64,000 bases of DNA from Candidatus Multivoradales bacterium (GTDB taxonomy: Bacteria; Acidobacteriota; Thermoanaerobaculia; Multivoradales; JAHEKO01). The notes under the pieces are model-generated. The model had not been told where the DNA came from and searched no databases. It was given only the letters and a program-made list of their open reading frames with translations. Below are positions 20,476-31,533 of the stretch, piece after piece. Location of the stretch: the NCBI GenBank assembly GCA_965248055.1, contig CBDFIJ010000004.1, positions 1,728,001 through 1,792,000 of the forward strand, given 5' to 3'. The position numbers and the translations under genes are program-made. Within the stretch, counting starts at the first letter, position 1. Every line of letters begins with the position of its first letter.

Positions 20476-20856
20476 ATGTTCAAGAAACTAACCCCTTCCA
20501 TCACCGCCAACGATCTTCAAGCCAGTCAAGATTTCTACCAGAAAGCCCTGGGTTTCGAGATTCTAGACAGCTACGAGCAAGACGGGAAAGTCGTGGGGCT
20601 CCATCTGCATACCGCTGGAGCTGATCTATTTCTGTCTCAGGACGACTTCGCCAAAGGCCATGACCGAGAGAAAGGTGTTGGGATGCGCTTTTACATCTCT
20701 TGTGATGATGTCGATGCAGCAGCGAAGCGAGTTGATGACACAGGTGTCGACTTTTTTCAGCCGCTAGCCGACCAGCCTTGGGGGTCGAGAGATTTCGCGG
20801 TCAAAGATCCGGACGGCTTTGTTATTTCGGTTGGTACCGAAGCAGACGTCAACTAG
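20476..20856 (+). CDS. VOC/glyoxalase family protein
   Basis: [15 protein letters not shown]...[16 protein letters not shown]. Confidence 0.9.
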   Translation: MFKKLTPSITANDLQASQDFYQKALGFEILDSYEQDGKVVGLHLHTAGADLFLSQDDFAKGHDREKGVGMRFYISCDDVDAAAKRVDDTGVDFFQPLADQPWGSRDFAVKDPDGFVISVGTEADVN

Positions 20857-22847
20857 CGATCGAGTAGTCGTCGCGCTTGATCGACGAGGTTGGAAACTGT
20901 AAATCCGTAGTGCTCTGCCAGCTCGCTGGCCGGAGCTGAAGCGCCAAACCCGTCGATCCCAAGAATTGCTCCACGGTCACCAACGTAACGCTCCCAGCCC
21001 ATCGGGCTGGCCGCTTCAATCGCTAGCTTCTTGGCCGCTGCCGGAATCACGAACGCTCGGTATTCCGCGTCTTGGGCATCGAACAGTTCCCAGGAGGGAA
21101 GGCTGACCACCCGGGTCGCGGTTCCAGCGTCGTTGAGTTCTTGCGCTGCTTCAACCGCCAGAGAAACCTCCGAGCCAGTAGCAATCAACACCAACTCTGG
21201 AGCGCAATCGCACTCAAGCGAAACGTAACCGCCTCGACCGACACCTTCAGCCGCCCCAGTCAGAGACCCTTCGAGAATCGGCAGTCCTTGGCGGGTCAGA
21301 GACAGAGCCACCGGGCCGCCGCGATGGGTCACCGCGACTTTCCAAGCTTCAGCCGTTTCCACCGCATCCGCTGGACGCAACACAGTGAGATTAGGGATCG
21401 AACGCAACGACAACAACTGACTGATCGGTTGATGGGTCGGGCCATCTTCACCGAGAAAGATCGAGTCGTGGGTGAAAATGTACACCGTGTGCAACCCCAT
21501 CAAGGCGGCAATGCGAATCGCCGGACGCATGTAGTCGGAAAAGATCAAAAACGTCCCACCATAGGGAATGAAACCGGGGGTCAAGGCAAGGCCATTCAAG
21601 ATCGAACCCATCGCATGTTCGCGCACTCCGAAGTGCAAATTCGGAGCGTCACCGACCTCAGCAGAAAACACTGGCTGACCGTTGATAAAGGTTTTGTTCG
21701 AACCAGTCAAATCCGCCGAGCCGCCCACCAGGTCAGGAAGACTTTTCGCCAACCCGTTGAGTACCGCTCCGGACGCTTTGCGGGTCGCCATCGGTCCGTC
21801 TCCCGCAACAAAAGAGGGCACGTCGGCATCAACGTCACTGGGGATGGCTCCCGTCAAACGACGCTCCAATTCCTGACCCAAATCCGGGTGATCCGCCTGA
21901 AACTGAGCGCGTTGTTCGTTCCATTCCCCGCGCTCCTGGGCACCGCGGTGGGCGTTGGCGACAAACGGCTGGCGAGCGGCCGACGGCACTTGAAACACCG
22001 CGTTCTCCGGCCAGCCCAGCGTTTGCTTGGTCAGCTTGGTTTCCTCAACTCCCAAGGGAGAGCCGTGGGCACCTGCGGTGTCTTGCTTGTTGGGACTGCC
22101 AAATCCGATATGCGTCTTGACGACGATCATTGAAGGTCGATCATCCGATTTGGCTGAAACCATGGCGGCATCCAAAGCGTCCAGGTCGTTACCGTCGTCA
22201 ACCCCAAGCACTTGCCAACCATAGGACTGATAGCGAGCGCTAACGTCTTCGGTAAAGGCCAAGTCGGTTGAACCATCGATCGAAATCTGATTGTCGTCGT
22301 AGAGACAAATGAGTTTGCCCAGTCGTAAATGACCGGCCAAGGAACAGGCCTCCGAGGTCACCCCCTCCATCAGGTCTCCGTCACTGGCAATCACCCAAGT
22401 GCGGTAGTCAAACAGCCGACCGTCTTGATTGAAACGCGCCGCCAACATCCGCTCGCCGATCGCCATACCGACCGCAGTCGCCAGCCCCTGGCCCAGAGGT
22501 CCGGTAGTGGTCTCGATCCCCGCCGTGTGGCGGTACTCGGGATGACCCGGAGTCTTGGAATTCCACTGGCGGAAATTCTTGAGTTGATCCAAAGAAAGAT
22601 CGTAACCAGCCAAATGGAGCAATGAATAGATCAACGCTGAAGCGTGACCACAGGAAAGCACGAAACGGTCACGATTGGGCCAGTCAGGATTCTCGGGGTC
22701 AAATCGTAAGTGCTTTGTCCACAATTGATAAGCCATCGGCGATTGCCCCAACGGCGCCCCTGGATGACCTGAATTTGCCGCTTCAACCATGTCTACAGAC
22801 AAGAAACGGATGGTGTTGATGGCTAACTGATGATCCATATCTTTCAT
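20853..22847 (-). CDS. tkt: Transketolase
   Basis: [54 protein letters not shown]. Start probably at 22847 or 22838. Confidence 0.98.
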   Translation of the reverse strand: MKDMDHQLAINTIRFLSVDMVEAANSGHPGAPLGQSPMAYQLWTKHLRFDPENPDWPNRDRFVLSCGHASALIYSLLHLAGYDLSLDQLKNFRQWNSKTPGHPEYRHTAGIETTTGPLGQGLATAVGMAIGERMLAARFNQDGRLFDYRTWVIASDGDLMEGVTSEACSLAGHLRLGKLICLYDDNQISIDGSTDLAFTEDVSARYQSYGWQVLGVDDGNDLDALDAAMVSAKSDDRPSMIVVKTHIGFGSPNKQDTAGAHGSPLGVEETKLTKQTLGWPENAVFQVPSAARQPFVANAHRGAQERGEWNEQRAQFQADHPDLGQELERRLTGAIPSDVDADVPSFVAGDGPMATRKASGAVLNGLAKSLPDLVGGSADLTGSNKTFINGQPVFSAEVGDAPNLHFGVREHAMGSILNGLALTPGFIPYGGTFLIFSDYMRPAIRIAALMGLHTVYIFTHDSIFLGEDGPTHQPISQLLSLRSIPNLTVLRPADAVETAEAWKVAVTHRGGPVALSLTRQGLPILEGSLTGAAEGVGRGGYVSLECDCAPELVLIATGSEVSLAVEAAQELNDAGTATRVVSLPSWELFDAQDAEYRAFVIPAAAKKLAIEAASPMGWERYVGDRGAILGIDGFGASAPASELAEHYGFTVSNLVDQARRLLDR

Positions 22848-22865
22848 TTCCTTTAGGCGGCGTGA

Positions 22866-24890
22866 GTGACGAATATAGACCAAAGTCTCTCACCCGTGGC
22901 GACAGGATACGATCACCCGGTCAGAGATCGTCGACCGGAGGAGAGAAGTTTGTTCGAGAATTGGGTTTGGGCGGTTCCGTTGGCAATTGCTGGTGTTGGA
23001 ATGTGGCGGGCAAGATGGGGTTTGTACCTCTTTGTCGCCACTCTGCCTTTTTTTGGCTTCTCGCCAGGTGGTCCCTACTTGGAAGCGGTGACTGTTGGGG
23101 CAATCATCGTCATAGGCCTAGCGGTATTTCGAGGGTGTGAACCAAGTAGTCAATATTGGGCAGGAGCGGTAGCTGGCGGAGTATGGCTCTTAGTGGCAAT
23201 CGTTTCCCTCTGGCCCTTTCCCCGCATTCCCGCTTCCGGCTGGCGAAGCTGGCTTTCCATCTTCGATAACTTCTCGTATCTGCACGGGCAGGAACCCACC
23301 TACGGCTGGAGCGTTCTCTTCAACTTGGTCCTCGGGCTAAGTCTTGCTTGGGCTGTGCTACGACTGGTTCCCAGACAGAAACTCATAGAGCTAGCCGGTG
23401 CGATCGCGGTTGGAGTCGCCACCACGCTGGCGTTGGGCTTCCTCCACCGCATCGGTTGGATTGACCTCGGCCTGTTTCGCCCCAGCCCACGACCTCTGGA
23501 TGACCCCAGAATGCAGTCGGTATTGGTCGATTCACGCCGTTTTGCCGAATATCTAGTACTTGCTTGGCCATTCTCTTTCGCGTGGTCCGCGACCCGACGC
23601 CGCTTCAGTTTGTGGTCGGTCGGATTTTTGGTGAGTCTGTTGATTGGCCTTGCTTGGAGCCTGCAGCGTGGGGCTTGGATCACAGTGGCGGTGCAGTTTC
23701 TGGCTTTGGCAATCCTGTGCAGATCCCAGCTTCGACGCAGCTGGATCGTTGTTGTGGCTGCTTTGCTAGCGGCGGCGTTGATTGTTATCGCGATTCCCGC
23801 AGTCAGAGTTCCCCTGACAGACCGGGCGACCTCACTAGACGACTCTAGTCGAGTTCATCTGTTCGCTGTCTCGATAGATCTGTTTCGGCAACGTCCGATT
23901 CTTGGTTGGGGAGTTGGTTCCTTCGCTCGTGCCTACACGCTGACGGCCCCAGACCACGGTGGAGCGATTCGAGGCGCTGATAGTGCCCACAGCTTACCTG
24001 GGCAAATCTTGGCTGAACGAGGCTCCATCGGTTCTCTTGCTTTTCTGTTGGTTCTTGGCGTACTGGCGCTACGCAGACACCCCCGAGATAAAGACAACAA
24101 CCTGACATGGGTACTCACTGCGATCGCCGTTTCAGGGCTCGGATTTCTTGCCTATGGCGTCTTCCAGTACCTTCCCTATCTGAAGATCCTGGAATGGTTA
24201 CTCTGGATAGTAGCCGGCGCATGGATCGCGGCGACCGACAGTTCACGAGCTGAACAACGCATTTCACTATGGGGAGGTACCGCTTTGGTGGTAGCAGCCC
24301 TAGCAGCACTTCCCTTCCAACAGGCCAAGCCCTGGCAGCAGAATCCCAGCTGGGGTTTCTATGGCTGGGAGGGCTTTCGTCCTAGAAAGGAAAGCCCTCG
24401 AGCCGGAGTTCCTGGCCAGCGGAGGTGGATCAGTAACTATGCGGCGGTTTCGATGCCACGCCGCGGAGACTGGCTTTCCTTTTCCATGGTTGATGGTCAC
24501 CCTCAAGCCCGAGATCACGCCTCTTCAGTGCAAGTGTGGGTCAACGGCGATAAAGTCCTGGATCAGTCGATTCCCAACAGTTGGTCTTTGTGCAGAATTC
24601 CAGTGGCAGACGGAGGAGACGAAGTCTTAGTTGAATTCGAAGTCGACCCTGTATTTCGACCTTTCAACGGAGCAGATCCTTTGGGAGACCCACCCACCAG
24701 AAGCCGCGACGCGCGCCGGCTTGGGATGGTGTTGCGCAACGACTGCGGTTCTGACTTGTGCTGGGATTTACTTCGCGGTGAGCGGCGCGCAACTAGAGCC
24801 GGGACGCCTGACGTTGCAGCCTGCTACCCAGATCCGAAACCGAAAAAGCGGAACAAGACCAAAGCCAACTCACCCAAGAAAACACGTTAG
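22866..24890 (+). CDS. O-antigen ligase-like (Wzy_C) membrane protein with C-terminal periplasmic domain
   Basis: Many TM helices; [14 protein letters not shown]...[28 protein letters not shown]. Confidence 0.8.
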   Translation: MTNIDQSLSPVATGYDHPVRDRRPEERSLFENWVWAVPLAIAGVGMWRARWGLYLFVATLPFFGFSPGGPYLEAVTVGAIIVIGLAVFRGCEPSSQYWAGAVAGGVWLLVAIVSLWPFPRIPASGWRSWLSIFDNFSYLHGQEPTYGWSVLFNLVLGLSLAWAVLRLVPRQKLIELAGAIAVGVATTLALGFLHRIGWIDLGLFRPSPRPLDDPRMQSVLVDSRRFAEYLVLAWPFSFAWSATRRRFSLWSVGFLVSLLIGLAWSLQRGAWITVAVQFLALAILCRSQLRRSWIVVVAALLAAALIVIAIPAVRVPLTDRATSLDDSSRVHLFAVSIDLFRQRPILGWGVGSFARAYTLTAPDHGGAIRGADSAHSLPGQILAERGSIGSLAFLLVLGVLALRRHPRDKDNNLTWVLTAIAVSGLGFLAYGVFQYLPYLKILEWLLWIVAGAWIAATDSSRAEQRISLWGGTALVVAALAALPFQQAKPWQQNPSWGFYGWEGFRPRKESPRAGVPGQRRWISNYAAVSMPRRGDWLSFSMVDGHPQARDHASSVQVWVNGDKVLDQSIPNSWSLCRIPVADGGDEVLVEFEVDPVFRPFNGADPLGDPPTRSRDARRLGMVLRNDCGSDLCWDLLRGERRATRAGTPDVAACYPDPKPKKRNKTKANSPKKTR

Positions 24891-24910
24891 CCTCGACACC
24901 CGTCCGATCA

Positions 24911-25432
24911 GCGAAGTCGGAGTAAGTTAGATCTGGGTGGTGAGGGCTAACAATACTGAGAATTTGGATGTGGCGGGTGCGCAACACAAGCCACTCTCTA
25001 GTCCCGGCCCCCCAGCCACCACTCTCCGGGATGACGATCAGGCAATTGCTGGACCAGCGTAGCGAAGATGAAAACGTAGGCGGGGATTCGAAACTGGCTT
25101 GCGCGCGGTACAAGTCATTCCTCGAAATCTTTCTCTGGGCTCCAACCAAGCAAAGTGGAAATGGTGAATAGGGGATTCGGATCTGGCTTGTGCGTAGCAC
25201 GAGCCAATCTCTAGGATCCTTCCCTCTCTAGCCGACCGAGCAAAGTGAAAATAATGGAAGTAGTGGGATTCGGACTCGGTTTGTGCGTAGCACAAGACAG
25301 TCTCCAGAATCCGTCGCTCTCAGACAATCGAACAAAGTGAAAATGGTGGAAGCAGGGGATTCGGATCTGGCTTGTGCGCAGCACAAGACACTCTTTAGGA
25401 TCCCTCCCTCTGCACCCCGAGCGAAGCTCGGG
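24911..25432. repeat. Tandem array of 4-5 degenerate ~90-bp hairpin units derived from the tRNA-Ser 3' end
   Basis: GGGATTCG recurs at 25083, 25172, 25265, 25356 and inside the tRNA at 25446 (spacings 89, 93, 91, 90). Each unit has a (C)TTGTGC-GNA-GCACAA(G)-type hairpin; a decayed fifth unit lies near 24958-25000. Confidence 0.85.
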
Positions 25433-25524
<92 letters not shown>

Positions 25525-25614
25525 CCGTAGGGCCGGTGATTGTACGTCTGCCCGTAAGGGCCGGTCAAAGTATTTCTACTTCGACCATCGATAAGATGGC
25601 GCCTGGACACCCTC

Positions 25615-26994
25615 ATGCAATCGATCAATCCGGCCACAGAGCAGCTAATTCAATCTTGGTCGGAGCATGACCAACAGCAAGTTGACGAGATCGTCGCGTC
25701 ATCCGCGAAGGCGTTTGCGCGATGGCGCCACGTCGACCTACATGATCGGCGCCAATTGCTCAGCACCCTGGCTGACTTGCTGCGCAAGCAACGAGAACAA
25801 CACGCCCAATTGATGACCGCGGAAATGGGCAAGCCGATTCGCGAGGCCCGAGCGGAGATTGACAAGTGCGCTTGGACCTGTGACTACTACGCCGAAAACG
25901 CTGATTCGTTCCTGGGTGCACAGACGGTGAATACTGACGCCAGCCAGAGTCAGGTCGAGTTTGCCCCGCTGGGGATCGTGCTCGGCGTCATGCCCTGGAA
26001 TTTTCCCTATTGGCAGGTGTTTCGATTCATCGCCCCCTCGCTGGTCGCTGGCAATACCTGTCTCCTCAAACACGCCTCCGCGGTCTGCGGCTGTTCCCAG
26101 GCAATAGAAGACTTGGTCACCGAGGCCGGCACTTCGTTGAAGATGGATCTACCGCTGCTGAAGGCGCTCAATATCTCCTCCTCGCGCGTTGCTGCCGTCA
26201 TTGAGCGGCCCGAGGTGGCGGCGGTGACTTTGACCGGCAGTGAAGAGGCGGGACGATCGGTGGCCGCGATTGCCGGCGCGGCTTTGAAAAAAGCCGTCCT
26301 GGAATTGGGCGGCTCCGACCCTTTCGTGGTCTTGGCTGACGCCGATCTGGAGCAAGCCGCCGACATCGCCGTGCTTTCGCGATCGATCAACGCTGGGCAA
26401 AGCTGTATTGCAGCCAAGCGGTTCATCGTCGAGCAATCTGTGTACGGCCAATTTGCTGATCTATTGGTGCAGCGGTTCGCTCAACTCAGAGTAGGCGACC
26501 CTTGTGCCGAAGACACCGACATGGGTCCGTTGGCGCGACCAGAGTTCGTCGACCAACTCCAAGGTCAAGTTGATCGATCGGTGGCAATCGGTGCCCAGGT
26601 GGCACTGGCTGGCGGACCTACCGAAACTACAGGCTGGTATTTCAAACCAACGGTTCTTACCGAAGTAACGCCAAACATGGCGGTGTTTGCCGAAGAGACC
26701 TTTGGCCCGGTCGCCCCGGTCGTCCGGGCTGCCAACGCCGACCAAGCCATTGACCTAGCCAATCAAAGCCGTTTCGGCCTCGGGGCTTCGCTGTGGACCA
26801 GCAACCCAGAGCGACACGCTGCCAGAATCGATCGTCTCGAGGCTGGGATGATCTTCGTCAACGGATTGGTTAAGTCCGACCCCCGCCTGCCCTTTGGCGG
26901 CACCAAGGCCTCCGGCTACGGCCGGGAATTGGCGGCGTTCGGCATCCGTGAGTTCGTCAATGTCCGTACGGTTTGGCGGGGACCAGAGGCGTAA
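25615..26994 (+). CDS. NAD(P)-dependent aldehyde dehydrogenase, succinate-semialdehyde dehydrogenase (Sad/GabD-like)
   Basis: VMPWNFPYWQVFRF, TLTGSEEAG, VLELGGSDPF, NAGQSCIAAKRF, EETFGPV, PFGGTKASGYGREL. Confidence 0.93.
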   Translation: MQSINPATEQLIQSWSEHDQQQVDEIVASSAKAFARWRHVDLHDRRQLLSTLADLLRKQREQHAQLMTAEMGKPIREARAEIDKCAWTCDYYAENADSFLGAQTVNTDASQSQVEFAPLGIVLGVMPWNFPYWQVFRFIAPSLVAGNTCLLKHASAVCGCSQAIEDLVTEAGTSLKMDLPLLKALNISSSRVAAVIERPEVAAVTLTGSEEAGRSVAAIAGAALKKAVLELGGSDPFVVLADADLEQAADIAVLSRSINAGQSCIAAKRFIVEQSVYGQFADLLVQRFAQLRVGDPCAEDTDMGPLARPEFVDQLQGQVDRSVAIGAQVALAGGPTETTGWYFKPTVLTEVTPNMAVFAEETFGPVAPVVRAANADQAIDLANQSRFGLGASLWTSNPERHAARIDRLEAGMIFVNGLVKSDPRLPFGGTKASGYGRELAAFGIREFVNVRTVWRGPEA

Positions 26995-27017
26995 GTTGTC
27001 AGACTCTGCCGACCCAG

Positions 27018-27680
27018 CTAGAGAACCCGTCGGATCTCATCCAAGAAAGTGTCGGCGATCGCTCGATGTCCCGAACTGGACGGATGGAAGCCATCAATGG
27101 CAAAGAAATCGAGATTAATCGGCATCATTGACAATGGAACCACATGAGCCGAATGCCTAGCAGCCGCGTTGGTGATTGCGTTGTTGAACGCGTTAACTCG
27201 AGCGGAGGTAACGTCGGGGTCGGGAGAGGCAAGAAAACGTGGAATGAGGGAGAGGTCGACCAAGTCACCGATGAAGATCTGGGCATCGGTTTGGGAGCGA
27301 AGATCTCCCAACATCTGATCCACATCGGCGGCAAAAGAACTCACCGCGTCCCCGCCTATGATGTCGTTGGAGCCGGTCCAGATGGTCACTAATCCGGGTG
27401 ATGCGCTGATTGCAGAACCGAGTTGTCGAGCGATCATGTCGAAGGAGTGAGCGCCGATCTCGCCAAGGTTGCGCAGGTCCACTTCGCGGTCCTCACCCAA
27501 ATCGTTGGCGATCAAGAATACGTAACCGGCGGTCAATGGAGAGGCTCCAATACCAACCGCGTCGGAAGCACCCAGCGCAGCGTAGACCAGCCGAACGCCG
27601 GGAGCGGTAGGCGAATCGCTGGAGCACGACCCTGCTGCCAAGAAAACAAGAATCAGGAGGAAGTGGGAGAATCTACGCAT
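27018..27680 (-). CDS. SGNH/GDSL hydrolase lipoprotein
   Basis: Lipobox AGSC; YAALGASDAVG (block I), TGSND (block III), DGFHPS (block V). Confidence 0.9.
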   Translation of the reverse strand: MRRFSHFLLILVFLAAGSCSSDSPTAPGVRLVYAALGASDAVGIGASPLTAGYVFLIANDLGEDREVDLRNLGEIGAHSFDMIARQLGSAISASPGLVTIWTGSNDIIGGDAVSSFAADVDQMLGDLRSQTDAQIFIGDLVDLSLIPRFLASPDPDVTSARVNAFNNAITNAAARHSAHVVPLSMMPINLDFFAIDGFHPSSSGHRAIADTFLDEIRRVL

Positions 27681-27853
27681 CGGGGAGCAACTTTACACAG
27701 CTACTGAGTTTTTCATAGCTATCAAGCTAGTAACCGAATTTCGGGTCACACTCTCTCCTTATTCCCTTTGGCTTGGCTCAATGGGCAGCCCCCGCCGATT
27801 TCGATTCAAAGTGATACCGTCCGCCGCTGGAGAACACCCCGTTGGAGAACACA

Positions 27854-29308
27854 ATGTCCAAGACAGACCTAACCAAAACCAACCTCAAAGGCCCCGTCAG
27901 GGTCCGATTCGCCCCGTCTCCAACAGGTTTTTTACACGTTGGCGGAGCCCGCACCGCGATCTACAACCAACTGGTGACCCAAAGCTTAGGCGGAGAGTTC
28001 ATCTTACGCATCGAGGACACCGACCGAGAACGGTCAGATGCATCGATGACCAAGCAGATTGTCAGCTCCTTGCAGTGGCTGGGCTGTCACTGGGACGAAG
28101 GCCCTTTCCATCAAGCTGATGGCGTTGAGCGTCATCGCGAGCGCGCCCAGGAACTGCTCGACAGCGGCCACGCCTATCGATGTTTTTGCACCCCGGAACT
28201 GATCGCCGAACAGCGAACTGTAGTAGAGAAAAAGGGTGAGCGCTTCCGCTACCCGCGCACCTGTTTGCGGCTCACCGAATCCGAAAACGAAGCCAAGATC
28301 GCTGCGAGCGAGTCGTTCGTGGTCCGGATGCGGATGCCCGATAAACCGATCGTGGTCCACGACTTAGTGCGTGGCGATGTCGAGTTTCCTCCCGAGGCGG
28401 TCGACGACTTCATCCTGTTGCGCTCCGATGGCACCCCGACCTACCACTTGTCGGTGGTCAGCGATGACATCGACATGGGCGTGACGTTGGTCATGCGCGG
28501 CGAAGATCATCTCTCCAACACCCCCAAGCACATCGCCCTGTTTCAAGGTCTGGGAGCGGAGTTGCCGCAGTTTGGTCACCTACCTCTCATCTTGGGGCCC
28601 AACAAAAAGCGCCTCTCCAAACGTACCGGTGCCACCTCGGTCGAGGAATTTCGCGATCAGGGCATCTTGCCCCAAGCGCTTTACAACCACCTGGCGCTAC
28701 TCGGTTGGTCCCCCGGCGACGACCGCGAAGTGATGACCCAGGAAGAGATGGTCGCCGCCTTCACCGTCGAGCGCCTCAACGACTCGGCAGCCGTCTTTGA
28801 CTACGAAAAACTCGCCTGGATCAATGGCAGAACGATCTCTTCTCTCGAATATGCAGATCTGCTCCCGCACCTCCAACCATTCTTGGAAGCGGCCGGGCTG
28901 GCTGATGTCGACCCAACCAGACTGCAAGCAGTGGTCGACCTACAACGCACCCGGGCCTCCACCTTGGTCGAACTCGCTGAGCGCTCCGTTCCCTACTTTA
29001 TCGACCAACTCGACTACAACCCGGAAGCCTGCGCCAAATTCTGGAACGACCCAGAACTGAAATCTGAACTCGAGCAACTGACCGAACGCCTCGCCGCCTT
29101 GCACCCCTGGACCGAAGAATCCATCGAGGCCACCCTGCGCACCTGCGCCGACGAGCTCGAAGTCAAAGCCGGCCGCCTCATCCACCCCGTGCGCATGGCC
29201 TTAACCGAAGCCAAAGCCGGCCCGTCATTGTTCGCGTTGGTGGAGGTTATGGGGAAAGACGCCAGTCTCAAACACCTGCGTAACTTCTTAGCCGGCTGCG
29301 TCGGCTAG
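27854..29308 (+). CDS. gltX: Glutamate--tRNA ligase
   Basis: RVRFAPSPTGFLHVGGAR (HIGH), LRIEDTD, RGEDHLSNTPK, KRLSKR (KMSKS). Confidence 0.97.
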   Translation: MSKTDLTKTNLKGPVRVRFAPSPTGFLHVGGARTAIYNQLVTQSLGGEFILRIEDTDRERSDASMTKQIVSSLQWLGCHWDEGPFHQADGVERHRERAQELLDSGHAYRCFCTPELIAEQRTVVEKKGERFRYPRTCLRLTESENEAKIAASESFVVRMRMPDKPIVVHDLVRGDVEFPPEAVDDFILLRSDGTPTYHLSVVSDDIDMGVTLVMRGEDHLSNTPKHIALFQGLGAELPQFGHLPLILGPNKKRLSKRTGATSVEEFRDQGILPQALYNHLALLGWSPGDDREVMTQEEMVAAFTVERLNDSAAVFDYEKLAWINGRTISSLEYADLLPHLQPFLEAAGLADVDPTRLQAVVDLQRTRASTLVELAERSVPYFIDQLDYNPEACAKFWNDPELKSELEQLTERLAALHPWTEESIEATLRTCADELEVKAGRLIHPVRMALTEAKAGPSLFALVEVMGKDASLKHLRNFLAGCVG

Positions 29309-30126
29309 GAATCAAAGAAAGTAAGCTGCACCGCCAAGCCATCTCAAAATAAGCGGGATCACAAAACACCCTTCAACTGACGATAGAAGTGGTCGTTTCG
29401 TTTGTGAAAGAGTTCCCTAAGCTCAGAAAGTTCCTCGGGAGTGTGCAACAGACCCCATAATTCCCAAGAGTCAGCAATGACTGTTGTAGAAAGCCTCGGT
29501 ACTACTTTGTGCCTAAGATCCCACTCATCCAACCGACGCTCCGCATCTACCGCAACCCGCGTGGCTATGAATAATAGCGAGCTACAACGAATGAGTCGGC
29601 CGGAGGCAGGGATTAATGCACTAATTCGACAGGTCAGAGCTGTGTGTTCTACCACTGAATGACCTTCCAAGCGCCGCGCGGACGAACCCGGACCGCGAAT
29701 ACTCAGCAGCAACAAGAAAAGTGCCAAATGACCCGTTCCTCCCTCCGCACCTCAACCGTGTGGGTTCCAAGACTTCTAGCTCTAGCCCATATGTGCCCTT
29801 AGAACCTTCGTTGATTTGGCGCACATACGGATCGGCACTTCACCTTCTAGGGCGGGAGGTCAGCGCTGGCGCACAAGTTCGTCTATTCTTCTGGGGCCAC
29901 CAATCTTAACTTCTTGTGTTTCTTTCCAACATATGGATCGACCAACTCTGGGCATGCAACCGGGGGAGCACCCGCCCCATCAGGCCTCCGCCTAATGGGG
30001 CCTCTCAGGGGTACTGGACAAATACAACCTCTTGGCAGTACACCTTTCGTCGTGATGTTGTGATAAGATTTTTGACTACTAGGAAAACTAGTCGCCCAGG
30101 GGGCGCCGACCAAAAGGAGGGGTTTT

Positions 30127-30903
30127 ATGCGACTTTGTCTGGCCGGGCTGTTAACCATCGTGTTGATTGTGATGGTGCCGCACTTGGGCGCTTCCGCTCA
30201 AGAGGTTCCAATGGAGATTGATGCTCCTGCGGCCTCCGCGCAACGCTTGGGGGTCGTAGGCTACACGGGGTATCAACGCGATGGCACCAACTTTGTTATC
30301 GAAGTTGAGACTAAGGCTGGCTTCTTTGACGTTGTGCTTTCGTATCTTGAAAACGGATCGACCGCTGTAAAAATAACCGATGGCCGAGACGTGTTAATAA
30401 TCGAATTCAACGGCCCGGAAGGTACCTTCTCGGTTGAGCATATCGGTTCGATGCGAGCCTATAAAAAGACCCTCGACAAGACAAGTAAGAAGTGGCGAGA
30501 ACACCCTGGAAGCGACAAGGGCCTACTTCGTCGATTTGATAAGCTAATCAAGGTTGGTGCTGAAACGGCGGCTGCTGTTCAGAACAGCCTGCTCGTCGAC
30601 TTAGATGAGCGCTCGACCGCCGACAAAGAGAGTCGCGGCGTGAATACCACTTCGTCATTGTCGCAGGGCGGATGCTACATTCCATGCAACGGTCCATGGG
30701 TGCGGGGTAGCGCGTCCATTTATTGGACCCGCTCTGCGTGTTGTGCTTCAGCTTTACAAGATGCCCACAATCAATGTTGGACGCAGTACTGTATCGGCTG
30801 CTGCGAGTTGCGCTCATGTGATGCAGCCTGCGGCTTTGATGACTACTTTTGTGCGACCTGTGGGGTCTCCGGTAGAAATTGTGGATTGTTGTGTTGCACC
30901 TAG
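30127..30903 (+). CDS. Secreted protein with C-terminal cysteine-rich domain (15 Cys)
   Basis: Strong RBS AAGGAGG before ATG 30127; signal peptide ending ASA-Q; Cys-free middle region; Cys-dense last ~76 aa. Confidence 0.8.
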   Translation: MRLCLAGLLTIVLIVMVPHLGASAQEVPMEIDAPAASAQRLGVVGYTGYQRDGTNFVIEVETKAGFFDVVLSYLENGSTAVKITDGRDVLIIEFNGPEGTFSVEHIGSMRAYKKTLDKTSKKWREHPGSDKGLLRRFDKLIKVGAETAAAVQNSLLVDLDERSTADKESRGVNTTSSLSQGGCYIPCNGPWVRGSASIYWTRSACCASALQDAHNQCWTQYCIGCCELRSCDAACGFDDYFCATCGVSGRNCGLLCCT

Positions 30904-30933
30904 TCAGGTGAATTTCGTTTTTCGCGGATTGTT

Positions 30934-31074
30934 GTGTTAGCTGCTGATATTGGTTTTACCGAAGTTGTCCTCGTGGTCTCGCTTGCGGTAGCGAAGCTGG
31001 GCTTATTTGCGGCCGTAGCGCTGTGGGTGGTCAGGGTGTTGAGAAAGAGAGGTTCGAGCCGAGAAAACCCTTGA
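30934..31074 (+). CDS. Possible small single-TM peptide (46 aa)
   Basis: From GTG 30934: VLAADIGFTEVVLVVSLAVAKLGLFAAVALWVVRVLRKRGSSRENP*, a hydrophobic helix plus basic tail; below the ORF-track length cutoff. Confidence 0.4.
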   Translation: MLAADIGFTEVVLVVSLAVAKLGLFAAVALWVVRVLRKRGSSRENP

Positions 31075-31125
31075 GGCAAAGCGGTTTTTGCTGGGGTTCC
31101 TTCATTTGGCGCCGCTTGGGCCACC

Positions 31126-31494
31126 CTATATTTTTATTTTTCGGCGCCGATTTTCTTCGCGGCGCTTCTGTCTCTCCGGTGTATCTTCAAGCCGTTTTTC
31201 AAGGTGGTCGGCTAGTTCGCCGAAGACGTCATCAACTTTCTCAAATGGTATTTTTTTGATGAGAAGCTGCTTGCGAACCGCAGGGGGCGACAGGACCCAG
31301 GTGATTACTTGTTGGTCGTTCATGTTGGTCAAGCGAGTCAGGTCTTCACCCGAAAGGCCTTCGACCGCTTTTTCGTAGGCACCCTTAAACTCAGGGTCTT
31401 CAAGTTTCTCCAGAAGCTGTTTTGCTCCTTCGCGATTCTTTACTAGTTCGGCTGTTGTCGCTCCTGCTTCCTTCCATCCTCTACCTTGACTCAT
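31126..31494 (-). CDS. Hypothetical charged helical protein
   Basis: ATG with AGAGG upstream; protein-like composition; no recognisable motif. Confidence 0.55.
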   Translation of the reverse strand: MSQGRGWKEAGATTAELVKNREGAKQLLEKLEDPEFKGAYEKAVEGLSGEDLTRLTNMNDQQVITWVLSPPAVRKQLLIKKIPFEKVDDVFGELADHLEKRLEDTPERQKRREENRRRKIKI

Positions 31495-31533
31495 TTTTCA
31501 CTACCTCTTCTTCCTGGGTTTCCCTGGGCCTAG

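Noticed and set aside
18774-22133. Long antisense ORFs (18774-19598, 19725-20456, 21072-22133 and similar elsewhere)
   Set aside because: They are shadow frames opposite well-supported genes, as expected in GC-rich DNA.
24911-25432. CRISPR array interpretation of the ~90-bp repeats
   Set aside because: Units are similar along their whole length and degenerate, with no identical repeats separated by unique spacers, and no cas genes are in the window.
29359-29727. 122-aa minus-strand ORF after gltX
   Set aside because: No RBS or motif and the N-terminal half looks non-coding; at most a gene remnant, so it was not called.
30901-30903. Pyrrolysine recoding of the TAG in the Cys-rich gene
   Set aside because: No pyl genes are in the window and many ordinary genes here end in TAG.
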